A stretch of DNA of 59,749 nt, filler included, from Nemertoderma westbladi (Eukaryota > Animalia > Xenacoelomorpha): NCBI GenBank assembly GCA_032718475.1. It is 3 parts of 3 records of this genome, joined end to end, with 100 filler letters (N's around TTAATTAATTAA, not from the genome) between each part and the next. Parts side by side here need not be neighbours in the genome. Positions count along the whole stretch, not along the records: positions 1 to 23,505 come from JAUCBJ010004966.1; positions 23,606 to 50,741 come from JAUCBJ010003841.1; 1 more part is not named here. The stretch is one strand, 5' to 3'. Positions 10,134 through 23,630 of the stretch are shown piece after piece; positions within the stretch are counted from its first letter, which is position 1; each line of letters begins with the position of its first letter. The notes beneath the pieces are model-generated. The model saw nothing but the letters and a program-made list of their open reading frames with translations, was not told the origin of the DNA and searched no databases. The translations under genes were made by a program, and so were the position numbers.

Positions 10134-12500
10134 AGTCAGTCAGTCAGTCAGTCAGTCAGTCAGTCAGTCAGTCAGTCAGTCAGTCAGTCAGTCAGTCAGT
10201 CAGTCAGTCAGTCAGTCAGTCAGTCAGTCAGTCAGTCAGTCAGTCAGTCAGTCAGTCAGTCAGTCAGTCAGTCAGTCAGTCAGTCAGTCAGTCAGTCAGT
10301 CAGTCAGTCAGTCAGTCAGTCAGTCAGTCAGTCAGTCAGTCAGTCAGTCAGTCAGTCAGTCAGTCAGTCAGTCAGTCAGTCAGTCAGTCAGTCAGTCAGT
10401 CAGTCAGTCAGTCAGTCAGTCAGTCAGTCAGTCAGTCAGTCAGTCAGTCAGTCAGTCAGTCAGTCAGTCAGTCAGTCAGTCAGTCAGTCAGTCAGTCAGT
10501 CAGTCAGTCAGTCAGTCAGTCAGTCAGTCAGTCAGTCAGTCAGTCAGTCAGTCAGTCAGTCAGTCAGTCAGTCAGTCAGTCAGTCAGTCAGTCAGTCAGT
10601 CAGTCAGTCAGTCAGTCAGTCAGTCAGTCAGTCAGTCAGTCAGTCAGTCAGTCAGTCAGTCAGTCAGTCAGTCAGTCAGTCAGTCAGTCAGTCAGTCAGT
10701 CAGTCAGTCAGTCAGTCAGTCAGTCAGTCAGTCAGTCAGTCAGTCAGTCAGTCAGTCAGTCAGTCAGTCAGTCAGTCAGTCAGTCAGTCAGTCAGTCAGT
10801 CAGTCAGTCAGTCAGTCAGTCAGTCAGTCAGTCAGTCAGTCAGTCAGTCAGTCAGTCAGTCAGTCAGTCAGTCAGTCAGTCAGTCAGTCAGTCAGTCAGT
10901 CAGTCAGTCAGTCAGTCAGTCAGTCAGTCAGTCAGTCAGTCAGTCAGTCAGTCAGTCAGTCAGTCAGTCAGTCAGTCAGTCAGTCAGTCAGTCAGTCAGT
11001 CAGTCAGTCAGTCAGTCAGTCAGTCAGTCAGTCAGTCAGTCAGTCAGTCAGTCAGTCAGTCAGTCAGTCAGTCAGTCAGTCAGTCAGTCAGTCAGTCAGT
11101 CAGTCAGTCAGTCAGTCAGTCAGTCAGTCAGTCAGTCAGTCAGTCAGTCAGTCAGTCAGTCAGTCAGTCAGTCAGTCAGTCAGTCAGTCAGTCAGTCAGT
11201 CAGTCAGTCAGTCAGTCAGTCAGTCAGTCAGTCAGTCAGTCAGTCAGTCAGTCAGTCAGTCAGTCAGTCAGTCAGTCAGTCAGTCAGTCAGTCAGTCAGT
11301 CAGTCAGTCAGTCAGTCAGTCAGTCAGTCAGTCAGTCAGTCAGTCAGTCAGTCAGTCAGTCAGTCAGTCAGTCAGTCAGTCAGTCAGTCAGTCAGTCAGT
11401 CAGTCAGTCAGTCAGTCAGTCAGTCAGTCAGTCAGTCAGTCAGTCAGTCAGTCAGTCAGTCAGTCAGTCAGTCAGTCAGTCAGTCAGTCAGTCAGTCAGT
11501 CAGTCAGTCAGTCAGTCAGTCAGTCAGTCAGTCAGTCAGTCAGTCAGTCAGTCAGTCAGTCAGTCAGTCAGTCAGTCAGTCAGTCAGTCAGTCAGTCAGT
11601 CAGTCAGTCAGTCAGTCAGTCAGTCAGTCAGTCAGTCAGTCAGTCAGTCAGTCAGTCAGTCAGTCAGTCAGTCAGTCAGTCAGTCAGTCAGTCAGTCAGT
11701 CAGTCAGTCAGTCAGTCAGTCAGTCAGTCAGTCAGTCAGTCAGTCAGTCAGTCAGTCAGTCAGTCAGTCAGTCAGTCAGTCAGTCAGTCAGTCAGTCAGT
11801 CAGTCAGTCAGTCAGTCAGTCAGTCAGTCAGTCAGTCAGTCAGTCAGTCAGTCAGTCAGTCAGTCAGTCAGTCAGTCAGTCAGTCAGTCAGTCAGTCAGT
11901 CAGTCAGTCAGTCAGTCAGTCAGTCAGTCAGTCAGTCAGTCAGTCAGTCAGTCAGTCAGTCAGTCAGTCAGTCAGTCAGTCAGTCAGTCAGTCAGTCAGT
12001 CAGTCAGTCAGTCAGTCAGTCAGTCAGTCAGTCAGTCAGTCAGTCAGTCAGTCAGTCAGTCAGTCAGTCAGTCAGTCAGTCAGTCAGTCAGTCAGTCAGT
12101 CAGTCAGTCAGTCAGTCAGTCAGTCAGTCAGTCAGTCAGTCAGTCAGTCAGTCAGTCAGTCAGTCAGTCAGTCAGTCAGTCAGTCAGTCAGTCAGTCAGT
12201 CAGTCAGTCAGTCAGTCAGTCAGTCAGTCAGTCAGTCAGTCAGTCAGTCAGTCAGTCAGTCAGTCAGTCAGTCAGTCAGTCAGTCAGTCAGTCAGTCAGT
12301 CAGTCAGTCAGTCAGTCAGTCAGTCAGTCAGTCAGTCAGTCAGTCAGTCAGTCAGTCAGTCAGTCAGTCAGTCAGTCAGTCAGTCAGTCAGTCAGTCAGT
12401 CAGTCAGTCAGTCAGTCAGTCAGTCAGTCAGTCAGTCAGTCAGTCAGTCAGTCAGTCAGTCAGTCAGTCAGTCAGTCAGTCAGTCAGTCAGTCAGTCAGT
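10134..12500. repeat. (CAGT)n microsatellite, ~2.37 kb, ~590 units
   Basis: Apparently uninterrupted tetranucleotide repeat. Confidence 0.98.
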
Positions 12501-13015
12501 GTAAGAACCACAGGCCACCCAAAGCCACACATAGGACTCCTAACTAAACCCAAATTCTTCCCCCTAATACTACAAAGTAGAGACGAAAATCTGGATTGTC
12601 AGCCCCCTAATACTGTAACAGCGGCTGGTCCCCGGTCCTCAACTGACTAGCCCTGACCGCAATGGTGGCCCCCTGCCAGCGTTGCCCCATCTTGGATCCT
12701 CTGCACTCCCTTCCGTCGCTTCCCCCCGGTGCGCCCGCCGCGCCTACCAGTACTTTAGCCCTCCATGTTAGAACAAATAGCTACCGTATCGGTGCATGCA
12801 TTCGCAAAATAGTCTGACAGTCTAAAGGGAATCCCTTAGGATTATCGCATCTCAATCACATAGAAATCAGTAATTAAATGTAGAAATCATAGTTCGAGAT
12901 TGTAATTAGCAGTAACCATCATCAAATCTACGTAATTTAAGAAAAAACAGCAAAGAATTTAAATCAGAAATAACACAGAAGCAGAATAAGTAAATAGTAA
13001 ATAAGTGTAAAAAAA

Positions 13016-14834
13016 TTACATTGACAAGAAGAAAAATTGCAGTAGCACATACCAGAAACACAGCCAATTTATAGATGATGAAATAGGGATGACGCAATAA
13101 TCGTCTGATTGGTTTATATTGGGTTCGATATATTTCAGGTCATCCTCCAGGAATGTCATGTCCAAATTCCAATGTACTAAACGGCGGTAGTCCATAAATG
13201 TTTCCAAATTGGAAGGTGGACGCAGACTAGCTTCTATGGTCACAATATTGTAAGGTTTTTTTAAATGAGTTCAGTTTTACTAAAGAATCCAAATGCTGAT
13301 GTAAAGTTTCTAATTCCACGAGGTCCAAAGGATTTACTAGCGGTAGAAATTGCATATCCTGTCCGGGGTGCTTGGGTTGTATTACATAGTGTTGCTTGAG
13401 CATCACGAAGCAAGGATGGTCTTTGATCCCATAAAAGGGGTAGTGTAGAGGGCGACGCGATACGTTTATTCCGTGGACCTTTTCTCGAATCACGTCAGCT
13501 TGAGTGCGAGAAGGGCGAGAAGGCGAAACGGGTTCTCAACGTGTTGATTTCCGGTTGAAACGCGACGTTGTCCATAGCCTCCAACAAAGCGAGCTCCGTT
13601 AATAAGGTACCAGATGGAGTCGTGGATAAATGCGCATGAATGCCGGCTAGACTGGACGACATTATTAACTGGGTGCTTTCGTCGCTAGGAGGTATAACTA
13701 TACCTGGTGTCAACTGTTCGCCTGGCGTTACGGCTCTAGTCGTCCTAAATCCTCTTCCGAATCCGGGTGGGATCAGGGGAGTTATCACCGGTTCCTCTAG
13801 GGGAATCAGCTGTTCTGGTAGAACCATATCTAAATATTCGGAATAGTCCTCGTCTAGGGGGCCGAAATCTTGAGGCAGGACCGGGGATGGTTGGACCTTG
13901 GGAGCTAGAGGTCGCACTGAAAAACGCGGGACGTCGGCGGGCAGATGCTCCATTCTGCACAGTTTCTTTAAGGCTCGTTCATCAATACCGAATAGATCGC
14001 ACTCATACCCTCCATATGTGAAACGCGTGTAGCAATGTTTAGGACAGCGTTCACGGGGGTGGTTGACCAGTCGACCCCATCGCGCGTGGTCTTTGTGGTT
14101 TACCTGCTGGTTGGGATGTGGACAATCGTCGCAATAATACCATAATTTAAAGTCCTGGCGACTCACGTGCGGGGATCGAGCTCCGGTTTTACAATATTCT
14201 TCCATAGCGTCGAAATGGTCCGGTAGCACAGGTAAAGGTCTACTTGCAGTCAAATACATCATTGTATGATATAAATGTTTAAGCTCCGCTATCGGGTCGG
14301 GGTGAATACCTTTGGGATAATGAGTTTGTTGAGTTTGGGCCGCCGCTATATTTAAATAAGTTTCTCGAAGAAACGTGATTATGTCCTCGAATTTGCCGCG
14401 TTAACGCTGGTTTCTGCGTCATCCGTCGACATGGTGTCTTGGATGGCGTCTTCCCTGTCCATTCGCGCGGTATCCTCCCGTTGTCTCTGTACATGATAGC
14501 ACCACATTTCCATGTCTTGTCACTCATGAACATCTTCTGAGTATATAAGATTGCTCGGGTGTCCAGATATGACAAACGGTTTGTAAGATCCATCTATATT
14601 AGTATACCTGTCCATAAAGGCGCGGTAATGTAGCCACTCGGATACCTCTACCAGGGACATTAAAGGTTCTGTATACTGTTGCTGTACTCCAGGTGTCAAC
14701 AAATCCTCCATCATCTCTCGCATACCTCGACGATATTCCTCTGAAAGTTGTTGTCGCTGTATATTGATATTATCCATTGGATCGTCATTAGAAGTATCCA
14801 TTGTTATTATTGTAAGAAACAAATATGTTATCAA
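13016..14834 (-). pseudogene. Disrupted ORF of unknown function (copy 2), diverged paralog of 1650-3808
   Basis: MMYLTASRPLPVLPDHFDAMEEYCKTGARSP vs MMYLTANRPLPVVPDSFEQMEEYCKTGERSP; FYGIKDHP in both copies; FLPLVNP vs FLPLINP. It is broken by a stop at 14520-14522 and by frameshifts. Confidence 0.75.
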
Positions 14835-16199
14835 CCCAACAAAGGCGAACCAAAGTTAATTATTGTTATAGTTATCAAGGTTCGCGCGGGTCGGCAATGG
14901 CAAGCCGCCCTATTTCCCCCAGCCCGACATGCACCCGAGCTGCCCCTGGCCACGTTAGCGCTGCTACGCCAATTCCCTATCCAACAGGCATTGATGAACG
15001 GGTGGATGACGCAACAGCTAACGTGCAGGAAAAGCTCGAGGCTGGTCTTATCCAAGGGCTATTCGTCGGGGTAACTAATATCGCAATGTAATTGCAGTTA
15101 GTCAGCAATAAGGCTTCGGTTCGCTACAGTAAACACACGTAGAGTGTAGAGCACAATATCACAACACGTACCGGTTGACTGGTATGAAATTTTTATCACA
15201 AATCTATTATTTCCTGAACGTTGATATTAGTTTCCATGGAAACTCACTAAATATATTTAAAGATATTAAATTTAGCAAATACGATAAACTCTAGAACTTT
15301 AATAAAAAACAGGGGTTGCGCGAGCGACACACCAGCGTCCCAATGTTCTAAATTAATTATTAATTTATTGAAGATCAGCATTCGGTAAATATAGCGGTAG
15401 GATAGGGTATTGCTCATTCATACAGATCTGGGTTTACTGTGATATTATTACGTCTTTGCTGGTTATTATTTAATTTATTTATTTGAATGTGGTGTTTGTC
15501 TGTATAGTATTGGTGTTTGTACTATCGGGATATTAATGTCATAATTGAGGGTTGATGATATTAAGTTATTAATAAATAACATAATAAAGGTTGACGCGAT
15601 CTGGTTACTTAAACTAAGTTTACTCATCCCTTGTGAGAGAGCCACAAAAAGGACCGCGACCGTTCCTGTAATGCTCATTATTACAGTGACTTGAACGGAT
15701 TTATGGATGTGATATTGTATTAATCAATATCGAGCTATGTTGGTTCTTGAAGTTTCAAGCCAACTAATTGACATCTCTTACTGTACTCTGGCAATTGACA
15801 AGAAGCGGGAGTAGTGATTAAGACTCAGCATTCAAGTGTGATTGGGCTGTCATATTACAGTAAGACCAAGGTTTGTTATTGTCATGTGCCATGTTTAATA
15901 ATGACTTATCATGACTATTACGATTTATTATAATTTTATTTGTTACTCCCTTTGTACTCGGGTTATACAAGAAGTGGCGGGCCGTCTCCAGAATTTACCC
16001 AGAGTTTGGTTTAACCGAAATAAAGGATATGGATTCCGCATTCAATTGTATTATCACCGTCATCCTACAGTTAAAGGGTTTTGGTTGGCTGCGCGTCATG
16101 TTTAATAATGACTTATCGCAACATGTTATTAATGTTGGGTTCAGGTTTCATGCGTCGTGTGTATAACGGCTTTTCATGAACCTCCCATTTATATATTTT

Positions 16200-16385
16200 T
16201 TAGCGTGTTCTAGAACTGAGATCAAGTTTCATGCACTGTGTTTAGAATAGTTTATCATGAAATATCCCACAGTCCTATTGTTTATGTCATTTTGCTTATA
16301 GTTGTTCTAGAATTAAGATCAAGTTTCATGTACCGTGTATAAAACGATTTATCATGAAACATCCCATAGTCCTATTGTTTTTTGG
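16200..16385. repeat. ~97-bp tandem duplication in the non-coding region between integrase and the extra ORF
   Basis: TGTTCTAGAA..GATCAAGTTTCATG..TTTATCATGAAA..TCCCA..GTCCTATTGTTT occurs twice. Confidence 0.7.
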
Positions 16386-16582
16386 GGACAAAGCGTTATA
16401 AGGATAATTTTTGTTAGCCTGTCAAGCTGAGCATATGGCATATTTTGAAAAAATGGGTCAGTGGTGAAGAGATGGAGTCAGTGGTTAACTTCACCTAACC
16501 CGTTCCCACGCTCGAGTGTGATATGCGGCGCACTCAAGCGTTACCTAGGAGTTAACAAATTATAGCAGGAAGTAAGTTAAGT

Positions 16583-17393
16583 TCATTGGCTTAACTTCCT
16601 GCTTTCCATGTTGCCAGATTCTTCCCGTGCCATTTCTAGTAGGCAGAGGCGTCCTATGGGACGGTTGAGCCTCTGTGGAACAAAATTTAGCTTGCCCTTT
16701 TCTCTGAGCACCACTAAATCCACTGATCTTACTAGGCCATCCGCGCTAATGTGTGTCTCTATGATGCGCGCTGTCTGCCAATATTTGCGGGGAAGATTGG
16801 AGTCTACTACTAAGACCATGTCGCCAACTCTGGCATTGTCTTTTACTAAGTTGTATACTGGGGAGGTAAAAACGCTCAAAGTGGTTTGCAAATCAGGATG
16901 ACAGTAATTGTGTCATCTTCCAGGTTTGTTGCAATAGCTCGTCACCGTCTTCTGGTGTTGAGACTGGCAACATCACTACTTTCTTTTTCATTAGAAAGTG
17001 GGCTGGTGTGAGGGCCTCTAGTGCTTTGGGGTTGGTCAAAACGGGCATTAGGGGCCGACTGTTTAGATAGGCGGTCACTTCCTCTAAGATGGTACCGAGA
17101 ATTTCATCAGTGAGGTAGGCTTTGCAAGGCAGTATATGATGAAAAGCTACCTTTACACGATGAATTAATCTCTCCCAGCTCCCACCCCACCAGGGTGCAT
17201 TTGCGGCGTTAAAGGTCCAACTGGAAGCGGAAACCTTCAACATCTCATCAACTTGATCCTGGTTCCATTCTTCTATAGAGCGTGCTATCTCGTTGTTCGC
17301 TCCTATAAAGTTCGTGCCTTTGTCAGACTTCATCGTGTTGCTAGTGCTGTATCGACTAATTTGCCTACATAAGCACAGGATAAAGCTGTTCAT
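16583..17393 (-). mobile_element. BEL/Pao LTR retrotransposon integrase core and C-terminal domain (degenerate)
   Basis: SDKGTNF, APWWGGSWERLI, LNSRPL and LTPAHFL, then GDMVLV...PR..W..ARI...DGLVRSV...RPIGRLCLL, the characteristic BEL/Pao pol C-terminus. A frameshift lies near 16892. Confidence 0.92.
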
Positions 17394-19015
17394 GGAGATC
17401 GCTGGTAAATAATAGTCACTAGTTGGGAATAATATAACTATTGAAGTATACTAAGTACTACAAGAGAACTATAGTACTACATATATAATATATTATATCG
17501 ACTTATTACTGACAAGGCGCACTTACATTTATCGTGTGGAAATCAAGTTGGTTTGATCTTTAGTCCAATATATTCATCAACAAGTAGTGCAAATATAAGT
17601 TGTTAATTGCAAGTAATTAGATTAATATTACAAGTGACTAGTTGCAATGAAGTGATTAGATAGATTGCAAATGATTAGTTGTTAATACAAATGATTAGGT
17701 AAATATTGTGAACCACGGTAACTAAAGTGGCACAATGGCGCTTATAAAATCAATACAAATTAACCTAAGGTGTTATTTAGGTTAAAATCAAGGATGGCCT
17801 GTAAGGGTTGACAACGAATATATATGATGCTCAGTGAATAGAACAGCCAATAAGACGCAGGGATATCAACTTCGGCAGCTACCAATTAGAGTTCAATAAT
17901 ACTACAGCCGTTGTTAGGCAACAATATAAACAACCTTATGGGCCATTCAATACAATCGAAGCACAAATGTTTTACGCATGGAAATCAAATAGTCGAACGA
18001 TAAAAATATAAGATTTCTGTATACAGTTAGCATTGGCAGCAAAATCCAGATAAGGAAATGCCACCATCTGACAGCTTATAGTCTACAATATAAATACTAT
18101 GTACCTGGAGTGTCCTATACCTAGAGATTAATTATCGAAGCCTATAGCTAATGGACCTATTAACCACGTTACAACACAAATATACTGCGTACGCACTAAA
18201 TTAACTCTCAGGAAAGCACTGTACTCTAAACCCTAGATTAGGTACTAGCACTTATACAACATATAACTTGCAGTTAAATATACATGAACAGCCAAAAGAA
18301 CCACGGTATCTGCTGGAGTGACCGGAGTACTAAATCACCAGTCTGTCCTACGCCAAGCAGTCCTGAAATAGTACCGGGGTTAATTTAACTATAACAGTAT
18401 GCATAACAAGCAGAATTACTGTAAGGAATAAACTTGGGGACATGAATGTTGTAAATTACTTACATAAACACTGAATAATAAATATTACGCTACCCGTACA
18501 GACTATTCAAATAAAACACAGACCAAAATGCTGACAGACCACCGTCAAGCCTAAATAAACCACAGTATATGCAGTCTCCGAAATGATTAGTTAGTAAGCA
18601 TTCTAGACTACGTAGTATGACTTATTCTTTCACGGAGGATTTACCTTACAGCGCTGGAAGCCTCCACTGCCTAACTAGCACTTTATCGGACAAATAACCT
18701 ACATACACTGTAATCCACTTCAGACCTAACAACAATCAGACAACAATCCAGCCCATAAGTTACTTTTACAACCTGAGCATGTTTACACACCTTCTGCTCA
18801 ATATTACACTTCCAGACAGAAATAAGTAAAATCTCAATAAAAAACCAGGGCTGCAGTCCTCGATTAAATACTAAGACCTACCGGTATATAATTCTCACAA
18901 TCGAAGTAATACTGCTGTAAAGTTCCGGTTCGGGTCAACTAAGCCTACAGATCACCGTCCGACCGGTACGTTAGGGTTTAGTGCCTACTGAGCAATAAAA
19001 GAATAAATCTATTAA

Positions 19016-20220
19016 TGTTCGCGCTTTTAGACCTTTAACAGTTTAACCTGCTCATTTAAGTGTCTCCTGAATCGACTATTGCCCTTGCCAATTGACATCA
19101 GTTGAAACCAGTCTATGCGCGGCGTATGACCCACAGTGTGGGAGACTGGATTCGGTTCTAGAGAAAGTTATTGCAGTAGGCTACTTTGTATTATTCGATT
19201 GATCGCTGATATATAATCTCCGACAACTATATTTACTTTTGGGGAAATATTAACGGTTCCTTTTGGACGTGGTGCTTTAAGTATCAAACAGAGTTATGAC
19301 TTACATTAATTACAACTAGAGGCTATAAGGTATCGCAAATGGCGCATTCTTTAGGAATGCTTTATTAACCTTCACACTACTTCACACTAATTCACACTAA
19401 TACGCACTGATTTGCCGACTGTCACTGATTTTGATCATATATAAGGAGGGTTGCAACTGACATATGTAGGGATTATGAAATAGCATTTATTTCACACCAA
19501 AACCACTATAAATTGAGCCCACAATTAGTAATGGTACACCCTTCTGCTTACCTCAGTAATTAAGAAAGTTCAGGGGTTTACGATTATTTATCAGTATTCT
19601 CCGAATATAACATCCATCATATAAACAGCAATTAACAACAATATAAAACAGCATTAAGGCAGTGCGGTGAAAATAGTCAGTGAATTGTTCAGGTCAGTCA
19701 GTTAGTAGGTGCGGTATGCAGTGTTATGTTAATAGATTTGCGTTCTTATGACTCTAGCCTCTGATGTTTAGGGCAAAGTCTGAAACGTCAGAACTTCCGA
19801 ATGAATCCTGAATGAAGTAGGATTCTAGGAAAAACTGCCTATTGCGTCATCTCCCGTAGGCTGCTGTAAACAAAAAGGGGAGATCGCTCTGATTGGCTGA
19901 AAACATATGTCAACAAAGAATATTCTCACACAAAGAAACAGCAGGTAGATTTCGTCATGTCCCAACTCTGTGTTTCTTGACAGGCGCGTAGGTGTACAAT
20001 TATTATTATTATTAGCTGACGTCGTACATGAGACAATAGAATTAATTGCACAGTACAAAATACTTAGGAATAATTAAGTAATTAGGTAATAATTAAATTT
20101 AAAGCACAAATAAGATATTAATGGTGAATATATGAATATAACAACGATATTATAAGTACAATATTTAGTATTTAGCGCATTGCGTAAAATGACTTATTAT
20201 GTCCGCAAAAACCTTTTACA
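19016..20220 (-). mobile_element. Full-length LTR, copy D (subfamily 2)
   Basis: The reverse complement starts TGTAAAAGGTTTTTGCGGACAT and ends GCGCGAACA. It lies upstream of, and on the same strand as, the BEL/Pao integrase. No clean TSD or PBS is visible. Confidence 0.75.
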
Positions 20221-22888
20221 ATATAAGAAGTGAAATACAGCATATAGCATACTAATAATACTGTTATATAATTATATAATGAAATGAGGATAGAGTATAT
20301 TAGTGTTAGTGGTTAGTTGGGGTCGAACACTATTATGTCACTATTACTGTTACGTATAATGTTCTAGAATATGGCATTTTTATTTAATAGAATAAAATAG
20401 CCTCATGCAGATGCAAACCATGCAAATTTTGAACGCTCATGTCTCAGCTATTTTTCAACGAAATTTAGAGTATGTTACATATTTGGAATCCTTACATGGC
20501 CAGCTTTCCATCAGTACCAACAAATCACTATAAGGTTGAAGAATAACTGCGTTGTAACTGGTGAAATATCACCGGAGACACCTTTTTTAAGCGCTTGTAG
20601 CTAAAGATTGAAAGCAAAAATAAAAATTCTGGCTCACCCACGAAGGAGGAGGGAAGTGGAACTATCACTTCTCTATTTTAAACTTCATGCAATCTCATTA
20701 AGATTTGTAGAAAATTTTTTTTTTGGGGGGGGGGGGGGGGGTCCAGGTACCTGAATAACGACACTATATTCCAGAACATGGTGTATTGTTGTATATTTAA
20801 TTTAATTATATTTAGTTATACCGGTATGTATGTATTGTTATTCAACTTTGTGTTCTACTGTAATACTGTACAGTACAATAAGATGGCGACGGCTGATCCG
20901 CCACTCGCAAAATGACGCCTATTCCAACCATCAGTCTAGCATTCCGCTGCCAAGGCTGCCTTGTGCAATTTATTTCGATAAATACACAAGTTAAGGAATA
21001 AAAGACCATTATTATATTATTATTATTAACAAAATGTTCTAGAACACATTTTTAGGTGTTAAATAAAGGAGCTCGATAAAGTATTAAAAAAATTTTTTTT
21101 TTGCTATGCAGGCCATTATATAAGAGCTGGCAGTCACAGATTTTACGGTATTTTTCATGACACCAAAATTACTTTAAAACCAGGGGTGCTACGCCTACGC
21201 TCAAAAGTCAAACCCTAGGGTTAAGTGGTAGCTAAACCAGTACAAAATTCCTCTGTTGAGTATAGAGAAAGTCCTCTGGGGAGTATAGTTCTGCGTTGAA
21301 TGCACTGGCAATAAATCATCAGACTTTGTGAATAATGCTTTGCGTAACAGCCAAAATAAAATTTGTTTTAGTTCACTTGAAACATTATACACTCACTGGC
21401 AAACGAAATCACTGACAAATTCATTGAGTGTCTGTTCCACTGACTGACAAACCTACTACTCATCTTACTGAATGACCTTCTACTGAGACTGACTCACTGA
21501 CTGAGCAATTCACTTACTATCTAAGTCACAAACTGACGACCAACTGACTCACTCACTATACCAAATATTATTTACTCCTGTATATCAAATTATATTAAAT
21601 TACACATACATCACAGCGATATTTCGAATATTTTATAAACTGAAAAAAACGATATCTCTGCTATTTTTAGTGTCTTATCAAATTCTGTAAAATGCCATTT
21701 TGTTTCTGTGTATTATTGCATCAATTAATCTGTTTTTGTGTTTAAATTATGAACTCCATTGCATTTGAGCAACTGTGTTGAATTGTGGTCTACTAATTGG
21801 GTCTACTAATCGCCCGCCCCCATTAGAGAAAGACTGGAGGCCAATTGTAAAATATTGGCGAGAATATTGGCAGCCAATGAATTAAGAAATTCTTGCTGGC
21901 ACCCAAAATACAAAATACAAAGGCAATAAATATAAATGATTCGAGCGCCATTATTGATGCATGCATTGATTCACACCTGTTAATCAGTGCCAGTAAAACA
22001 CAAATAACTCAAATACCACCAGTAGTAGTGAGGTTCAGTTGGTACCCAGTGGAGAGAGAGATGCGCTTCGTATCTGCTGCAAATACAAACCATAACATTG
22101 GCCCAGTACAGTGCTTACTACCATATACCGGTACTGAAAATTATATTATAAAACGAAGTGACAATCAAGTGAGTTTTATCTCTTCTTCAAACCTCTTTTC
22201 CCAGGGTACCTACTAAAACGCGAAAACACCTGGAAGCAGCTAGAAACACTTCCCACCAGATAGAACCACCTAGTTCTAAGGACGGAAACTCCTAGAGTTA
22301 CCCAGAATAAGGCAGAAAACAGTGGTTCGCTATATTTTTTCAACCAAAATTCAAATTTAAACGTCATAATTAACTACATATATCCGTTTGCTATGTAAAT
22401 CTGAGAGGGATTTTTAAATTCCAGAATTGATAACAATTCAGCCAGTAATTCAGCAGATTGCACTGCTTTGTACCGGTACTAGACTAGCCTACTCATCTGA
22501 GCAGATGAACGATTCCGATTAAACTTCATCATTATCATTACGATGTGTACGGTCTACGGTCTTAACGGTATGGCATTCAAGTCGAAAAAAATACTCTGTT
22601 GAACATAAACATGGATTAAAAGTAAACCCGAGAACAACGGCGTTGAATCCAAATCTAACCGAAATGACGGACTGCGTCAAATAAACTCGTAATAAACACG
22701 ACGAAGTCCAGTCTTCTTTTTAACTCTATGTGGTTATCATGCAAGTAGTTAGTGTTACCTTCACTGTTAATAATGTTATACAGTGGGCGAAATATAATAA
22801 GAAAAGGATTAATTATTTTCGAGTTACATTAAAATTATATTAAAATATTATAACGAAATGAATTAGTTAATACTTGAATGTCCCATTC

Positions 22889-23505
22889 TGTTCGCGCTTT
22901 CAGACCTTTGGCAGTTTAACCCACCAAATTAAGATGTCTTCTAGATATTAAATCAGTTTTTAGTCTATGACAAGTATTTGATTCACTACACTAGTCGAAA
23001 CCAATCCGTGCGCGACCATTCACCCGCTGGATATTCCCGGGAGATTGGGTTCGACGGTTTAATTTTATTGCTATGTAAGCCTAATGTATTATTCGACTGA
23101 CAGTACTATATAATCTCTGACAATATTATTCACCTTCGGTAATATTAACAGTTCCTTTAGGACGTGGCGCTTTATCTATATAAACAGAGTTATGACTTAA
23201 ACTACTCACAACGATATGGCTTAATTATAATTCACATATATGGCGCATTCTTTAGGAATTGCTTCTTTAACAGACTCACTCATACACAATGCTGCACAAT
23301 ACTGCACACTAATCTGCCAATCTTCACTGATTTTAGTCACATATAAAAGGAACACAGGCTGACTCATGTAGGGTCTATCAAATAACATTAGATTCACTTC
23401 AAACCACTTTAACATAAGTCACAATCGTTTATCTGTAACCCTTCTCTCTTACCTTCGGTATATCAAGAATATTGGGTTTCGGGGTTATTTATCGTTATTC
23501 CAAAT
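22889..23505 (-). mobile_element. LTR, copy E (near-identical to copy A), cut by an assembly gap
   Basis: Reverse complement of ~544-1161 with few substitutions; it yields the same spurious 60-aa ORF. Confidence 0.8.
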
Positions 23506-23605
23506 NNNNNNNNNNNNNNNNNNNNNNNNNNNNNNNNNNNNNNNNNNNNTTAATTAATTAANNNNNNNNNNNNNNNNNNNNNNNNNNNNNNNNNNNNNNN
23601 NNNNN
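23506..23605. other. Assembly gap with artificial TTAATTAATTAA linker
   Basis: 100 bp of N with a central six-frame stop linker, identical in design to 50742-50841. Confidence 0.95.
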
Positions 23606-23630
23606 TAGTACCGTAGTGTCGGTGTCGGTC

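Noticed and set aside
10061-12547. 828-aa and 801-aa (QSVS)n ORFs
   Set aside because: Translation of a stop-free (CAGT)n microsatellite; no coding evidence.
15475-15810. Hydrophobic minus-strand remnants between integrase and the extra ORF as env
   Set aside because: Short, stop-ridden and without a recognisable fusion-protein motif.
19758-19795. Hammerhead-like CTGATG...GAAACGTC inside LTR D
   Set aside because: A9 is replaced (CTGATGT), stems are poor, and the homologous position in LTR B lacks the core.
23550-23561. TTAATTAATTAA inside the N-runs
   Set aside because: Artificial scaffold linker, repeated in the second gap; adjacency across the gaps should not be trusted.
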